Positions 18,055-28,156 of a stretch of DNA of 64,000 bases are shown here, in pieces. A program made the translations under genes and the position numbers. Origin of the DNA: Lachnospiraceae bacterium (GTDB lineage Bacteria; Bacillota; Clostridia; Lachnospirales; Lachnospiraceae); NCBI GenBank assembly GCA_036311565.1, contig JAXJPR010000041.1, positions 187 to 64,186 of the forward strand, written 5' to 3'. Position 1 is the stretch's first letter. Each line of letters starts with the position of its first letter. The notes beneath the pieces are model-generated. The model had not been told where the DNA came from. It worked only from the letters and a program-made list of their open reading frames with translations, and did no database searches.

Positions 18055-19569
18055 ATGAACCGACGTAAAAAAATTGGAATTATTGCCGGCGCCAGTCTGG
18101 CGGTGATAATAATTGTAGTTGTATTTATGGCCATTTCAGTAAATTCTGCTGTAAAAAATGAAAAAATCTTAAATAATGTATTTGTGGATACAATCAATGT
18201 CAGCGGAATGACAAAGAAAGAAGCCAAAGAAGCATTGGATGACTACTTAAAAGAAGTAGAAAAAACAAAGATTACATTAAAAGCAGGAAAAAAAGAAAAA
18301 ACGATTTCTGTAAAAAAAATGGGGATTACATTTAAAGAAGAGGAAGCCGTTGAAAACGCTTATGGTGTTGGAAGAGATGGCAATATTGTATCCAGATTCT
18401 TTGAAATTCATAAATTGAAAAAAGAAAAGAATGTGCAAAAGCTGGAAGCATCAATTTCTGAATCCCAGGCAGAAAAAGTATTGAAAAAAAATGAAAATTC
18501 TTTAATTCTTAAAACAAAAAATGCATCTTTAACACGAGAAGATGGCAAATTTAAGATTATTGATGAAGTAGCAGGACAAAAAATCGTATATGACCAATCT
18601 GTAGCAATCATGCAGAAATCCATTTCAGAGAAATGGGATAAGAATGAATATACGATTAAAATATCTGTGGAAAAAGAAGAGCCAACGTATAAAGCAGAGG
18701 ATCTTGAAGAAGTAACGGATATTCTTGGAAGTTATTCTACATCATATGCATCTTCTGGTTATTCCAGAAGACAGAATGTGGAAAATGGATGTGCCAAAAT
18801 TAATGGAACAACTCTTTATCCAGGGGAAACTCTTTCTGTATATAAGAAAGTATCCCCATTTGATTCTGCCAATGGATATTATAAAGCAGGATCTTATAGC
18901 GGAGGAAAAGTTGTTGAGACATATGGGGGCGGAATCTGTCAGGTTTCCACAACTTTATATAACGCAGTGTTACGTTCTGAGTTAAAAGTAACGGAACGTT
19001 CGAACCATTCCATGGTAGTAAATTATGTACCACTGGCAGCAGATGCAGCAATTGCCGGAACACATAAAGATTTGAAATTTAAGAATAATACAAAAAATCC
19101 AATTTATATTGAAGGAACAGCAAGTGGTGGAACCATTCGTTTTACGATTTATGGAAAAGAAACAAGAGCGAAAAACAGAACGATTGAGTTTGAATCAAAA
19201 ACACTTTCTGTAATTTCACCGGGAAAAGCAATTGAAACAAAAGATCCAACAATGGAAGAAGGAAAGACAGTTGTCACACAGTCTGCTCATACAGGATACG
19301 TTGCGGAACTTTGGAAAATCGTTTATATTGACGGAAAAGAGACGGAGCGTACGAAAGTGAATACCAGTCGTTATAATGCTTCTCCTCAACGAGTGACTGT
19401 AGGAACAAAAAAGAAAGAAGAAAAGAAAACAGAAACGGAAAAAACGACGGAAAAATCAACGGATAAAACAACAGAAAGTGGAGCGACAACAGAAAGCTCT
19501 ACAACAGAAAGTTCTACAGCAGAGCAAAAGAACAGCAATAATACCAGTAAAAATGAAGAGAAAGAGTAG
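18055..19569 (+). CDS. VanW family protein (N-terminal TM, PG-binding-like, VanW and G5 domains, T/E/S-rich tail)
   Basis: VanW core (YGGGICQVSTTLYNAVLRSELKVTERSNHS), a G5-like segment (VVTQSAHTGY...TVGTKKK) and a low-complexity C-terminus. Confidence 0.88.
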   Translation: MNRRKKIGIIAGASLAVIIIVVVFMAISVNSAVKNEKILNNVFVDTINVSGMTKKEAKEALDDYLKEVEKTKITLKAGKKEKTISVKKMGITFKEEEAVENAYGVGRDGNIVSRFFEIHKLKKEKNVQKLEASISESQAEKVLKKNENSLILKTKNASLTREDGKFKIIDEVAGQKIVYDQSVAIMQKSISEKWDKNEYTIKISVEKEEPTYKAEDLEEVTDILGSYSTSYASSGYSRRQNVENGCAKINGTTLYPGETLSVYKKVSPFDSANGYYKAGSYSGGKVVETYGGGICQVSTTLYNAVLRSELKVTERSNHSMVVNYVPLAADAAIAGTHKDLKFKNNTKNPIYIEGTASGGTIRFTIYGKETRAKNRTIEFESKTLSVISPGKAIETKDPTMEEGKTVVTQSAHTGYVAELWKIVYIDGKETERTKVNTSRYNASPQRVTVGTKKKEEKKTETEKTTEKSTDKTTESGATTESSTTESSTAEQKNSNNTSKNEEKE

Positions 19570-19593
19570 AACATTTTTTAAAGGAGCAGGAAG

Positions 19594-20586
19594 ATGAAAA
19601 TTGGAAAAGTACCGGAATCTGTCTTAAAGCGTTCCGTATTTAAACAATTAAAGAAAAACAGGGAAGAAGTCTTAGAAGGTCCGGCAGTTGGAGAAGACTG
19701 TGCGGTGTTACAACTGGATGAAGAAATGGTTGTTCTTTCCACAGATCCTGTAACGGATTCTTCTGAAAGGGCAGGCACCCTGGCTGTTCATATTACCACT
19801 AATAACCTCGTTTCCAGCGGTGCAGATCCTGTAGGAGTCATGCTTACCATTCTTTTGCCGGAGAAAGCAAAAGAAAAGGATTTAAAACGTTTGATGCAGG
19901 AAATTCAGAAAGAATGTGATAGATTAGGAATTTCTGTATTGGGCGGGCATACGGAAACCACCAGTGCCGTAAACCGTATTGTTGTTATAGCAACAGGAAT
20001 TGGAAAAGCGAAAAGAAGTGAAATCATTACAACTAGTGGTGCTGGTCCTCAAGAAGATATTCTTATGACGAAATATGCGGCCATGGAAGGCACCGGACTG
20101 ATTGCAGCAAGACGGGAAGAAGAACTCAGAACTCGTTACAGTAAGGATTTTATTCAGAGTGCGAAAGATCTGCTTAATCATATTTCTGTGGTAAAGGAGG
20201 CAGAAATTGCCAGAGAATATAATGTTAGTGCGATGCATGATGTGAAAGAAGGCGGAATTTATGGTGCGCTTTGGGAACTTGCAGCCGCCTCACAGGTGGG
20301 TCTGAAAGTTGATTTAGATGCCATTCCTATGAAACAGGAAACTGTAGAAGTATGTGAATTTTTTGATTTAAATCCATATAAATTAAGTTCTGCAGGATGT
20401 ATGCTGATGGTAACACCAAGAGGACGTGATCTGGCGGATGTGCTTAATAGAGCGGGAATTCCGACCGCTATCATTGGTAAGACCATAAACGAACAGAGTA
20501 AGATCATTATTAGGGAAGGCGAAGAAGGATTTTTGGAACCACCGAAATCAGATGAACTTTATAAACTGAGCATGAGTGAGGAATAG
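19594..20586 (+). CDS. AIR synthase-related protein (PurM/HypE/ThiL superfamily)
   Basis: MKIGKVPESVLKRSV..., GEDCAVL, STDPVT and GGHTE are signatures of the PurM-like fold. 330 aa. Confidence 0.8.
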   Translation: MKIGKVPESVLKRSVFKQLKKNREEVLEGPAVGEDCAVLQLDEEMVVLSTDPVTDSSERAGTLAVHITTNNLVSSGADPVGVMLTILLPEKAKEKDLKRLMQEIQKECDRLGISVLGGHTETTSAVNRIVVIATGIGKAKRSEIITTSGAGPQEDILMTKYAAMEGTGLIAARREEELRTRYSKDFIQSAKDLLNHISVVKEAEIAREYNVSAMHDVKEGGIYGALWELAAASQVGLKVDLDAIPMKQETVEVCEFFDLNPYKLSSAGCMLMVTPRGRDLADVLNRAGIPTAIIGKTINEQSKIIIREGEEGFLEPPKSDELYKLSMSEE

Positions 20587-20596
20587 GAGAAGAAAG

Positions 20597-21076
20597 ATGA
20601 GAACAGCAATTTTAAAATTAATAGAAAAAAATAGCCGCATTGACTTTCAGGATATTGCAGATATGATGGATACAGACCTGGAAACAGTGAAGAAAACTGT
20701 AAAAGAATTAGAAGATGAACATGTGATCTGTGGATATCATACGTTGATTAACTGGGATAAAGAGGAAGAAGAACGAGTAACAGCTATGATCGAAGTACGG
20801 ATCACCCCTCAGCGCGGACGTGGATTTGACAAGATTGCAGAAAGAATCTATAACTATCCGGAAGTAAAAACGGTATATCTGATGTCTGGGACATATGATC
20901 TGATGGTGATTCTGGAAGAAAAAACATTAAAAGAAATTTCCCATTTTACATCAAACCGATTGGCTGTAATTGATTCTGTCATTGGAACAACTACACATTT
21001 TGTATTAAAAAAATATAAAGATCATGGAACCATTCTGGCTGAACCTGTAGATGAAAGAATGGCGGTGACTCCATAA
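20597..21076 (+). CDS. Lrp/AsnC family transcriptional regulator
   Basis: N-terminal HTH (ILKLIEKNSRIDFQDIADMM) and a C-terminal RAM-like domain. Start chosen at the ATG behind GGAGAAG; the ORF track begins at 20576. Confidence 0.85.
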   Translation: MRTAILKLIEKNSRIDFQDIADMMDTDLETVKKTVKELEDEHVICGYHTLINWDKEEEERVTAMIEVRITPQRGRGFDKIAERIYNYPEVKTVYLMSGTYDLMVILEEKTLKEISHFTSNRLAVIDSVIGTTTHFVLKKYKDHGTILAEPVDERMAVTP

Positions 21077-22242
21077 TGCGTAATGTGTTGTCTGATAAAA
21101 TTGTGAATATTGAACCATCGGGAATCCGAAAGTTTTTTGATATCGTCAGTGAAATGCCAGAAGCCATTTCTTTAGGGGTCGGAGAACCAGATTTTGATAC
21201 TCCATGGAAGATTCGGGAAGAAGGAATTTATTCTTTGGAAAGAGGGCGCACCTTCTATACTTCCAACTCTGGTCTATTAGAACTGCGGAAAGTAATTTGT
21301 GATTATTCCAGAAGGAAATACCATCTGGATTACAGCGAAAAAGAATGTCTGGTCACCATTGGTGGAAGCGAAGCTATTGACATTGCATTTCGTGCCATTT
21401 TAAATCCAGGAGACGAGGTAATTGTAGTACAGCCTTGTTTCGTATCTTATGCTCCTTGTGTTATTTTGGCAGGGGGAACTCCTGTTTATTTAAATTTATC
21501 AGTGGAAAATGAATTTAAGCTGACAAGAGAAGACTTAGAAAATGTTATCACAGATAAAACGAAAGCAATTATTATGGCATATCCGAATAATCCAACTGGT
21601 GCGATTATGACAAAAGATGAGTTAGAGCCAATTGCGGATCTTATAAAAGAAAAAGATCTGGTAGTTTTAAGTGATGAAATTTATTCTGAACTTACATATG
21701 GATGCAGCCATACCAGTATTGCTTCCTTCCCAGGAATGAAAGAGCGAAGCATTGTCATTAATGGATTTTCCAAAGCCTTTGCTATGACTGGATGGAGACT
21801 GGGTTATGCCTTGGCACCAAGAAATATTATGGAGCAGATGATAAAAATTCATCAATTTGCAATTATGGCAGCACCTACGACCAGCCAATATGCAGCCATT
21901 CAGGCAATGACAGAATGCGATAATGAGGTAGAAGAGATGCGGGACTCTTACAATCAGCGCCGCAGATATTTATTAAAAGCATTTCAACGTATGAGCCTGG
22001 AATGTTTTGAAGCAAAAGGAGCTTTTTACATGTTCCCATCCATTAAGGAGTTTGGAATGAGCTCTGATGAATTTGCGACCAGACTTCTGGAAGAAGAAGA
22101 ACTTGCAGTTGTACCAGGAAGTGCATTTGGTGAATGTGGGGAAGGATTTATCCGTATTTCTTATGCATATTCCATTAATGAATTAAAAGAAGCTTTAACG
22201 AGAATGGATCGTTTTATTACGAGATTAAGAGAGAAGAAATAA
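21076..22242 (+). CDS. Class I/II PLP-dependent aminotransferase (aspartate/aromatic type)
   Basis: GVGEPDFDTP, NPTG and the PLP-lysine motif SKAFAMTGWRLGY. Start overlaps the AsnC stop. Confidence 0.9.
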   Translation: MRNVLSDKIVNIEPSGIRKFFDIVSEMPEAISLGVGEPDFDTPWKIREEGIYSLERGRTFYTSNSGLLELRKVICDYSRRKYHLDYSEKECLVTIGGSEAIDIAFRAILNPGDEVIVVQPCFVSYAPCVILAGGTPVYLNLSVENEFKLTREDLENVITDKTKAIIMAYPNNPTGAIMTKDELEPIADLIKEKDLVVLSDEIYSELTYGCSHTSIASFPGMKERSIVINGFSKAFAMTGWRLGYALAPRNIMEQMIKIHQFAIMAAPTTSQYAAIQAMTECDNEVEEMRDSYNQRRRYLLKAFQRMSLECFEAKGAFYMFPSIKEFGMSSDEFATRLLEEEELAVVPGSAFGECGEGFIRISYAYSINELKEALTRMDRFITRLREKK

Positions 22243-22243
22243 G

Positions 22244-22735
22244 ATGTTAAATATAGTATTACATGAACCAGAAATGCCAGCAAATACAGGAAATATCGGA
22301 AGAACTTGCGTAGCAACAGGTTCTGTCCTTCATCTGATCGAACCGCTGGGATTTAAAATTAATGATAAAACGGTAAAACGTGCTGGTCTAGATTACTGGA
22401 ATCAATTAGATGTCAGAACTTATGTAAATTATGAAGATTTTCTGGCAAAAAATCCAGGAGCCAAAATCTATATGGCTACAACCAAATCAAAACAGACATA
22501 TACAGATGTGCAGTATGAAGATGGATGTTATATTATGTTTGGAAAAGAAAGTGCAGGAATTCCAGAAGAAATCTTATTGAATAATAAAGAGAACTGTATT
22601 CGCATTCCTATGTTAGATGACATTCGTTCCTTAAATTTGTCTAATTCTGTTGCCATTGTCACTTATGAGGCATTGCGTCAGCTGAATTTTGAACATTTTC
22701 AGATGGAAGGGCAGCTTCATAAATATGAATGGTAA
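22244..22735 (+). CDS. trmL: tRNA (cytidine(34)-2-prime-O)-methyltransferase (SpoU/TrmL family)
   Basis: 163 aa: LHEPEMPANTGNIGRTC, FGKESAGIP, LNLSNSVAIV. Confidence 0.9.
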   Translation: MLNIVLHEPEMPANTGNIGRTCVATGSVLHLIEPLGFKINDKTVKRAGLDYWNQLDVRTYVNYEDFLAKNPGAKIYMATTKSKQTYTDVQYEDGCYIMFGKESAGIPEEILLNNKENCIRIPMLDDIRSLNLSNSVAIVTYEALRQLNFEHFQMEGQLHKYEW

Positions 22736-22789
22736 AAAAGCATAGATAAATGTGATGGATTCATGCGAAAACATGAATGATATTTATAA

Positions 22790-22818
22790 TTGACAAAAGT
22801 TGGAGCATATTATAAAAT
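22790..22818 (+). promoter_or_regulatory. Orphan near-consensus sigma-A promoter
   Basis: TTGACA (22790-22795), 17 nt, TAAAAT (22813-22818), in the gap between the convergent genes trmL and mutS2. Confidence 0.6.
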
Positions 22819-22824
22819 GTTCGT

Positions 22825-22936
22825 ATAGCATGTGGATTAGGCAAGAATCTAACACACACATTCTAGCTTTCACAAGCACGCTTAAGTCACGAATGCTATC
22901 ATATCCAAAGTGTGTGTGAATATAGACATTCACTTT
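22825..22936 (+). ncRNA. Candidate small RNA of about 110 nt driven by the orphan promoter
   Basis: No ORF with an RBS. Internal pairings are ATAGCAT/ATGCTAT, AGAAT/ATTCT and CACACACA/TGTGTGTG. It ends in the hairpin GTGAAT-ATAGAC-ATTCAC plus TTTT. Confidence 0.4.
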
Positions 22937-22976
22937 TAGGGTATGCCCGTTTTTTCTTATTAGTGTTTTATATTTG

Positions 22977-23009
22977 AAAAAGAGTACATGGAAACATGTA
23001 CTCTTTTTC
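22977..23009. terminator. Bidirectional rho-independent terminator (mutS2 and the + strand transcript)
   Basis: AAAA-AGAGTACATG-GAAA-CATGTACTCT-TTTTT. Confidence 0.9.
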
Positions 23010-23025
23010 TGCTTAAAATTAAAAA

Positions 23026-25431
23026 TTATTTAAAAGTTACAATGGTGACACCCATATCACCTTCACCAAATTCAGCCAAATGGAATTCTTTTACGTATTT
23101 GACTTTTCTTAGATACTGATGGATTCCTTTTCTTAGTGCCCCAGTTCCTTTTCCATGAATGACACGAACCTGAGGCAGATTTGCAAGGTAAGCATCATCC
23201 AGGTACTTATCCAGATCAGCCGTTGCCTCATCAACAGTCATACCAAGCAGATTAATCTCTGGTGAAATATGAGCTGCCTTATTCATACTGATACGTCCTT
23301 TGTTTCTGAATTGGGTGTTAGCCCGTTGTTCTTCTTTTTTGATTTCATTCGCACTCTTTACGATTTCTAAATCCTTGATATTTACTAAAGAGCGCATCAT
23401 TCCCATCTGAACATATAAATCACCTTTGGTATTTGGCAGAGTAACAACTTCTCCATTTAGGTTCAAACTGGAAACAAAGACAGAATCGCCAATATGGAAA
23501 TCTTCCTTACTGTGTGTACCTTTGGATTTTTTACCGCGGTAAGCCATATCCTTTTCTAATTTGTTCATACGGCTGCGAAGATCGCTTCGTTTGGCTTCCA
23601 TTCGTTTGGTATTTTTTTGTTCTGGATGTTTCCCCCAGCTATTATATTTTTTAATGGCTTCATCAGCCACTTCTTTGGCCTCTGATAAAATATTATGGGC
23701 TTCTTCTCTTGCGTCCTGCAGAAGTTTGGCACGTTTTTCTTTTATATCATCCTGCTTTTTCTCAAGACTTTTCTTTAAGGATTCTACTTCTTTTTTATAG
23801 TTATAAATTTGTTCCTGTTCCTCTTCAATAATATGGCGGCTTTTTTCTAAATCTGCCAGTAAGGATTCAAAGTCTTGTACAGAATCATCAATCTGTGAAT
23901 TAGCATGTTCGATGATCATTGGATCTAACCCTAATTTTTTAGAAATAGCAAATGCATTACTTTTTCCAGGAATTCCAACTAAGAGCCTGTAGGTTGGGCT
24001 TAAGGTTTCTACATCAAATTCACAACAGGCATTTTCAATTCCTGGAGTGGAAAGAGCAAACATTTTAAGTTCACTATAGTGAGTAGTTGCCATGGTATGA
24101 ATCCCTCGGCGTAATAAATTGGTCAGAATAGAAATGGCCAGTGCAGCCCCTTCAATTGGATCAGTACCACCACAAAGCTCATCTAAAAGAACCAGAGACT
24201 GTTCGGTTGCTTCATCTAAAATGGATACAATATTTGTCATATGAGAAGAGAACGTACTTAAATTCTGTTCAATGCTCTGTTCATCTCCAATATCTGCAAA
24301 TACATTATCAAAAATAGTTAAGCGGGAACCCTGGAATGCAGGAATGTGCAGACCAGACTGTCCCATTAGGGAGAACAGACCTACCGTTTTTAGAGAAACG
24401 GTTTTTCCGCCGGTATTTGGACCAGTGATGATGAGCATATCAAATTCATTCCCAAGTGTCACATTAATGGGAACTACTTTTCGCTTATCTAAAAGAGGAT
24501 GACGTCCCTGTTTGATTTCTAAAATTCCTTCTGTATTAAAAAGTGGTTCACTTCCATCATAGGATTTGGCATATTTTGCTTTGGCAAAAATAAAATCCAG
24601 TTTTGCAAGAATTTCTACATTATATTGCAGGTCTTCGGATTCAAAAGCAACCTGTTCACTTAATGCAGCTAATACCCGTTCAATTTCAGCCTGTTCCTGT
24701 GCATCCAATTCTTTTAACGTGTTATTTAACTGAACAACGGACATTGGTTCAATAAAAAGCGTGCTTCCAGTAGAAGACTGATCATGAATCATGCCCGGAA
24801 AACTACTGCGGTATTCGGCTTTAACAGGGATACAGTAGCGGCCATTTCTCATGGTAATGATGCTGTCCTGCAGCATGTTCTTGTTGGAAGAAGAGTTTAC
24901 AATGGAAGCCAACTGACTGTGGACTTTCTGATTGATCTGTTTGATATTTCTGCGGATTTGTTTTAAAGCAGCAGAAGCTTCATCGCTGATTTCATCTTCT
25001 GCAATAATACAGCGACGGATATCCAGTAATAATGGTGTCATGGAAACCAGCTCGTTGAACATACCATCTAAAGAATCATAGCCATCTTCTTCGGTGTCAC
25101 GGCTACTGTATTGTTTAGCATTATTTGTAATTTCCAAAATCCTTGCAATGTCTAAAAGCTCTCTGGCACTTAAAGAAGCCTGTACATTCAGACGCATGAG
25201 AGCTGGTGTAATGTTAATCAGCCCGGCAAAAGATAAGCTTCCATATTGATAAACACGGGCAAGGGCATCTTTTGTCTGTTCCTGGGCGGTTTCAATCTCC
25301 ATTAAATCGGTAGATGGAGTAAGCTTTCGGCACATCTCTTTTCCCATCTCAGAAGAGGCATGTGTCATTAGCTGTTCAATAATTTTATTATATTCTAAAA
25401 TTCGTAAAGCTTTTTCATTCATTGTTTTCAT
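23026..25431 (-). CDS. mutS2: Endonuclease MutS2 (MutS domain plus C-terminal Smr)
   Basis: 801 aa with Walker A GPNTGGKT, a central coiled coil and an Smr domain (VRVIHGKGTGALRKGI). Confidence 0.95.
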   Translation of the reverse strand: MKTMNEKALRILEYNKIIEQLMTHASSEMGKEMCRKLTPSTDLMEIETAQEQTKDALARVYQYGSLSFAGLINITPALMRLNVQASLSARELLDIARILEITNNAKQYSSRDTEEDGYDSLDGMFNELVSMTPLLLDIRRCIIAEDEISDEASAALKQIRRNIKQINQKVHSQLASIVNSSSNKNMLQDSIITMRNGRYCIPVKAEYRSSFPGMIHDQSSTGSTLFIEPMSVVQLNNTLKELDAQEQAEIERVLAALSEQVAFESEDLQYNVEILAKLDFIFAKAKYAKSYDGSEPLFNTEGILEIKQGRHPLLDKRKVVPINVTLGNEFDMLIITGPNTGGKTVSLKTVGLFSLMGQSGLHIPAFQGSRLTIFDNVFADIGDEQSIEQNLSTFSSHMTNIVSILDEATEQSLVLLDELCGGTDPIEGAALAISILTNLLRRGIHTMATTHYSELKMFALSTPGIENACCEFDVETLSPTYRLLVGIPGKSNAFAISKKLGLDPMIIEHANSQIDDSVQDFESLLADLEKSRHIIEEEQEQIYNYKKEVESLKKSLEKKQDDIKEKRAKLLQDAREEAHNILSEAKEVADEAIKKYNSWGKHPEQKNTKRMEAKRSDLRSRMNKLEKDMAYRGKKSKGTHSKEDFHIGDSVFVSSLNLNGEVVTLPNTKGDLYVQMGMMRSLVNIKDLEIVKSANEIKKEEQRANTQFRNKGRISMNKAAHISPEINLLGMTVDEATADLDKYLDDAYLANLPQVRVIHGKGTGALRKGIHQYLRKVKYVKEFHLAEFGEGDMGVTIVTFK

Positions 25432-25599
25432 CCTTTCAAAGGAATTGTAGCATATTCAATATTGTTTGTAAATTAGCATAAAGACGGGTTATTTTGGGGA
25501 CGATGGACTGGATTTTCCCATGGTGTTGTGTCATAATAGAAAACGAATGATAGTGTCCAGTTAGTGGGCAGGACAATAGAAGGAGATTAGAAAGATAAT

Positions 25600-26544
25600 A
25601 TGAGACTTATTGCAGAGATGAGAGAAGGAGACATGATTTCAGATGTGTACCTTTGTAAATCAAAACAGATTTTAAAGACGAAAATGGGAAAAAGCTATTA
25701 TGCTCTTTTGTTACAGGATCGTACAGGAACATTGGATGCAAAAATCTGGGAATTAAATAATGCGATCGGACATTTTGAAACCATGGATTATATTCGTGTT
25801 GAAGGACAGATTACCGTATTTCAGGGAGCAAACCAGTTAAATATCCGTCGTGTCCGCAAAGCTGAAGAAGGAGAATATGTTCCTGCTGATTACATGCCGT
25901 GTACGGACAAGGATGTAAAACAGTTATATGCGGAACTTCAATCTATGATTCAGAAAACAAAAAATCCATATTTAAAAAGATTAGCGGAAGCAGTCTTTGT
26001 GGAAGATAAAGCATTTACGAAAGAATTTGTTCAACATTCAGCTGCCAAATCTGTACATCATGGATTTATGGGAGGATTATTAGAACATACAGTATCTGTA
26101 GCAAGACTTTGTGAATACTATTGTACTCAGTATCCAGAACTGAACAGAGATCTTTTGGTCATGTGTGCCCTGTTCCATGATATTGGAAAAGTAGAAGAAT
26201 TATCGGCGTTCCCATACAATGATTATACAGATGAGGGACAATTGGTGGGACATATTGTAATGGGTGCTATGAAATTAGACCGTATCATGCATACAATTCC
26301 AGGATTTCCAGAAAAACTTGGAAATGAAGTGAAACACTGTATTTTGGCTCACCATGGAGAATTAGAATATGGTTCTCCAAAGAAGCCGGCTTTAATCGAA
26401 GCATTGGCACTTGCTATGGCAGATAATACAGATGCTAAGATACAGACGTTTAAAGAAGCATTGAAGAAAGAAAGTACAACTGACAGTGAATGGATGGGAT
26501 ATCAGCGTTTATTTGAAAGTAATATTCGTCCGACGTCAAAATAA
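25600..26544 (+). CDS. yhaM: 3-prime-5-prime exoribonuclease YhaM (OB-fold plus HD domain)
   Basis: N-terminal OB fold (YYALLLQDRTGTLDAKIW), HD domain (HHGFMGGLLEHT, FHDIGK, HHGELEYGSPK). Confidence 0.9.
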   Translation: MRLIAEMREGDMISDVYLCKSKQILKTKMGKSYYALLLQDRTGTLDAKIWELNNAIGHFETMDYIRVEGQITVFQGANQLNIRRVRKAEEGEYVPADYMPCTDKDVKQLYAELQSMIQKTKNPYLKRLAEAVFVEDKAFTKEFVQHSAAKSVHHGFMGGLLEHTVSVARLCEYYCTQYPELNRDLLVMCALFHDIGKVEELSAFPYNDYTDEGQLVGHIVMGAMKLDRIMHTIPGFPEKLGNEVKHCILAHHGELEYGSPKKPALIEALALAMADNTDAKIQTFKEALKKESTTDSEWMGYQRLFESNIRPTSK

Positions 26545-26558
26545 ATTGGGAGAGGATT

Positions 26559-27932
26559 ATGGAATTTGTCAAAAATCAAATGGTAACATTGACAATCGAA
26601 GATATGGGGACTAATGGAGAAGGCGTCGGTCGGGTGGACGGTTTTACTCTTTTCGTAAAAGATGCCGTTATCGGTGATGTAGTTGAAGCAAAAATCATCA
26701 AACTAAAAAAGAATTATGGATACGCACGTATTGAAACGATTATAGAACCAGGAACGGACCGTGTAAAACCAAGATGTCCAGTTGCAAGAAAATGTGGGGG
26801 ATGCAGCCTTCAGCATTTATCTTACGAAAAACAGCTGGAATGGAAATTCAATAAAGTAAAGAACTGCCTGGAAAGAATTGGCGGTTTAGAGAATATAGAG
26901 GAAAAAATGGAGCCTATCTACGGTATGGAAAATCCATATTTTTATCGTAATAAGGCACAATTTCCAGTAGGTACAGATAAAAATGGCCGTTTAATTACAG
27001 GATTTTATGTGGGACGTACTCATTCCATTGTAGAAACTACCCATTGCTATATTCAGGCTAAAATCAATGAACAGATTTTAGAAATCGTAATGGAACATTG
27101 CCGGAAAAATAATATTTCAGCATATGATGAAAAAAGCCATAAGGGAGTACTGCGTCATATTTTGACCAGAGTAGGATTTAAAACGGGAGAGATTATGGTA
27201 TGTCTGATTATTAATGGAAATAAAAAGGCATTTACCAATCTGAATAATCTGGTAAAAGAATTATCCTGGATCAGCGGGATGACCAGTATTACCTTAAATA
27301 TTAACCGGGAAAAGACAAACCGCATTCTGGGAGATAAGATTGTTTCTGTCTGGGGAAAAGATTATATTACGGACTACATTGGAAATGTAAAATATCAAAT
27401 CAGTCCTTTGTCTTTTTATCAGGTAAATCCGAGACAAACAGAAGTCTTATACGGAAAAGCATTAGAATATGCAGGATTAAACGGAGAAGAGACTGTCTGG
27501 GATTTATATTGCGGAATCGGAACGATTTCTTTATTTCTGGCTCAGAAAGCCAAAAAGGTGTATGGGGTAGAAATTGTTCCTCAAGCGATTGAAGATGCAA
27601 GACAGAATGCAAAACTCAATGGATTTAAGAATGTAGAATATTTTGTGGGAAAGGCAGAAGAAGTGCTTCCACGGGAATATGAAAAAAATGGCGTCTATGC
27701 CGATGTAATCGTGGTAGATCCTCCGAGAAAAGGATGCGATGAGACATTGTTAGATACCATTGTGAACATGGCACCAAAAAAGGTGGTATATGTAAGCTGC
27801 GATCCTGCAACATTGGCAAGAGATGTGAAGATCCTTGGAGGGCATGGATATCAGGTGGAAAAGGTCAGTGTAGTAGATCAATTTGGGCACACGACGCATG
27901 TTGAGAGTGTTGTTCTTTTGTCCAGGAGCTAA
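26559..27932 (+). CDS. rlmD: 23S rRNA (uracil-C5)-methyltransferase RlmD/RumA family
   Basis: TRAM domain, Fe-S cysteines (CPVARKCGGCSLQH), SAM motif DLYCGIGT, and the catalytic segments VDPPRKG and YVSCDPATLARD. Confidence 0.93.
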   Translation: MEFVKNQMVTLTIEDMGTNGEGVGRVDGFTLFVKDAVIGDVVEAKIIKLKKNYGYARIETIIEPGTDRVKPRCPVARKCGGCSLQHLSYEKQLEWKFNKVKNCLERIGGLENIEEKMEPIYGMENPYFYRNKAQFPVGTDKNGRLITGFYVGRTHSIVETTHCYIQAKINEQILEIVMEHCRKNNISAYDEKSHKGVLRHILTRVGFKTGEIMVCLIINGNKKAFTNLNNLVKELSWISGMTSITLNINREKTNRILGDKIVSVWGKDYITDYIGNVKYQISPLSFYQVNPRQTEVLYGKALEYAGLNGEETVWDLYCGIGTISLFLAQKAKKVYGVEIVPQAIEDARQNAKLNGFKNVEYFVGKAEEVLPREYEKNGVYADVIVVDPPRKGCDETLLDTIVNMAPKKVVYVSCDPATLARDVKILGGHGYQVEKVSVVDQFGHTTHVESVVLLSRS

Positions 27933-28121
27933 GCGATGACGAGAGCAGATTACGGAGGAGCATGCAAGGCGCGTCCAAGAAGTCGATTCAAAGGCGATGG
28001 CTGATTGGATACGGGCTACTGCGGAGACAGTCTGATTTCTATTGAGGAAAAACTAATAAATCAAAAAATTTGAATACCAAAACAGTGGGGATATGAAATT
28101 CTGTTGAATTTCCTATATCAC

Positions 28122-28156
28122 AAAAACCTTCGGGAGATGCGCACTGGCGCGAAGGT
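28122..28156 (-). terminator. Rho-independent terminator about 100 nt downstream of blaR1
   Basis: On the minus strand, ACCTTCG...CGAAGG T (with inner GCGC/GCGC pairing) is followed by TTTTT. Confidence 0.6.

Noticed and set aside
19380-19569. Short tandem repeats (ACAACAGAAAG[C/T]TCT and similar), considered as a repeat array.
   Set aside because: They lie within the VanW reading frame and encode a Thr/Glu/Ser-rich low-complexity tail. This is neither CRISPR nor a non-coding repeat.
22825-22936. The candidate sRNA read as 6S RNA, SRP RNA or a 29-codon peptide gene.
   Set aside because: At about 110 nt it is too short for 6S, with no long interrupted helix and central bubble. No SRP domain IV motif is present. 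The 29-codon ORF has no Shine-Dalgarno sequence.
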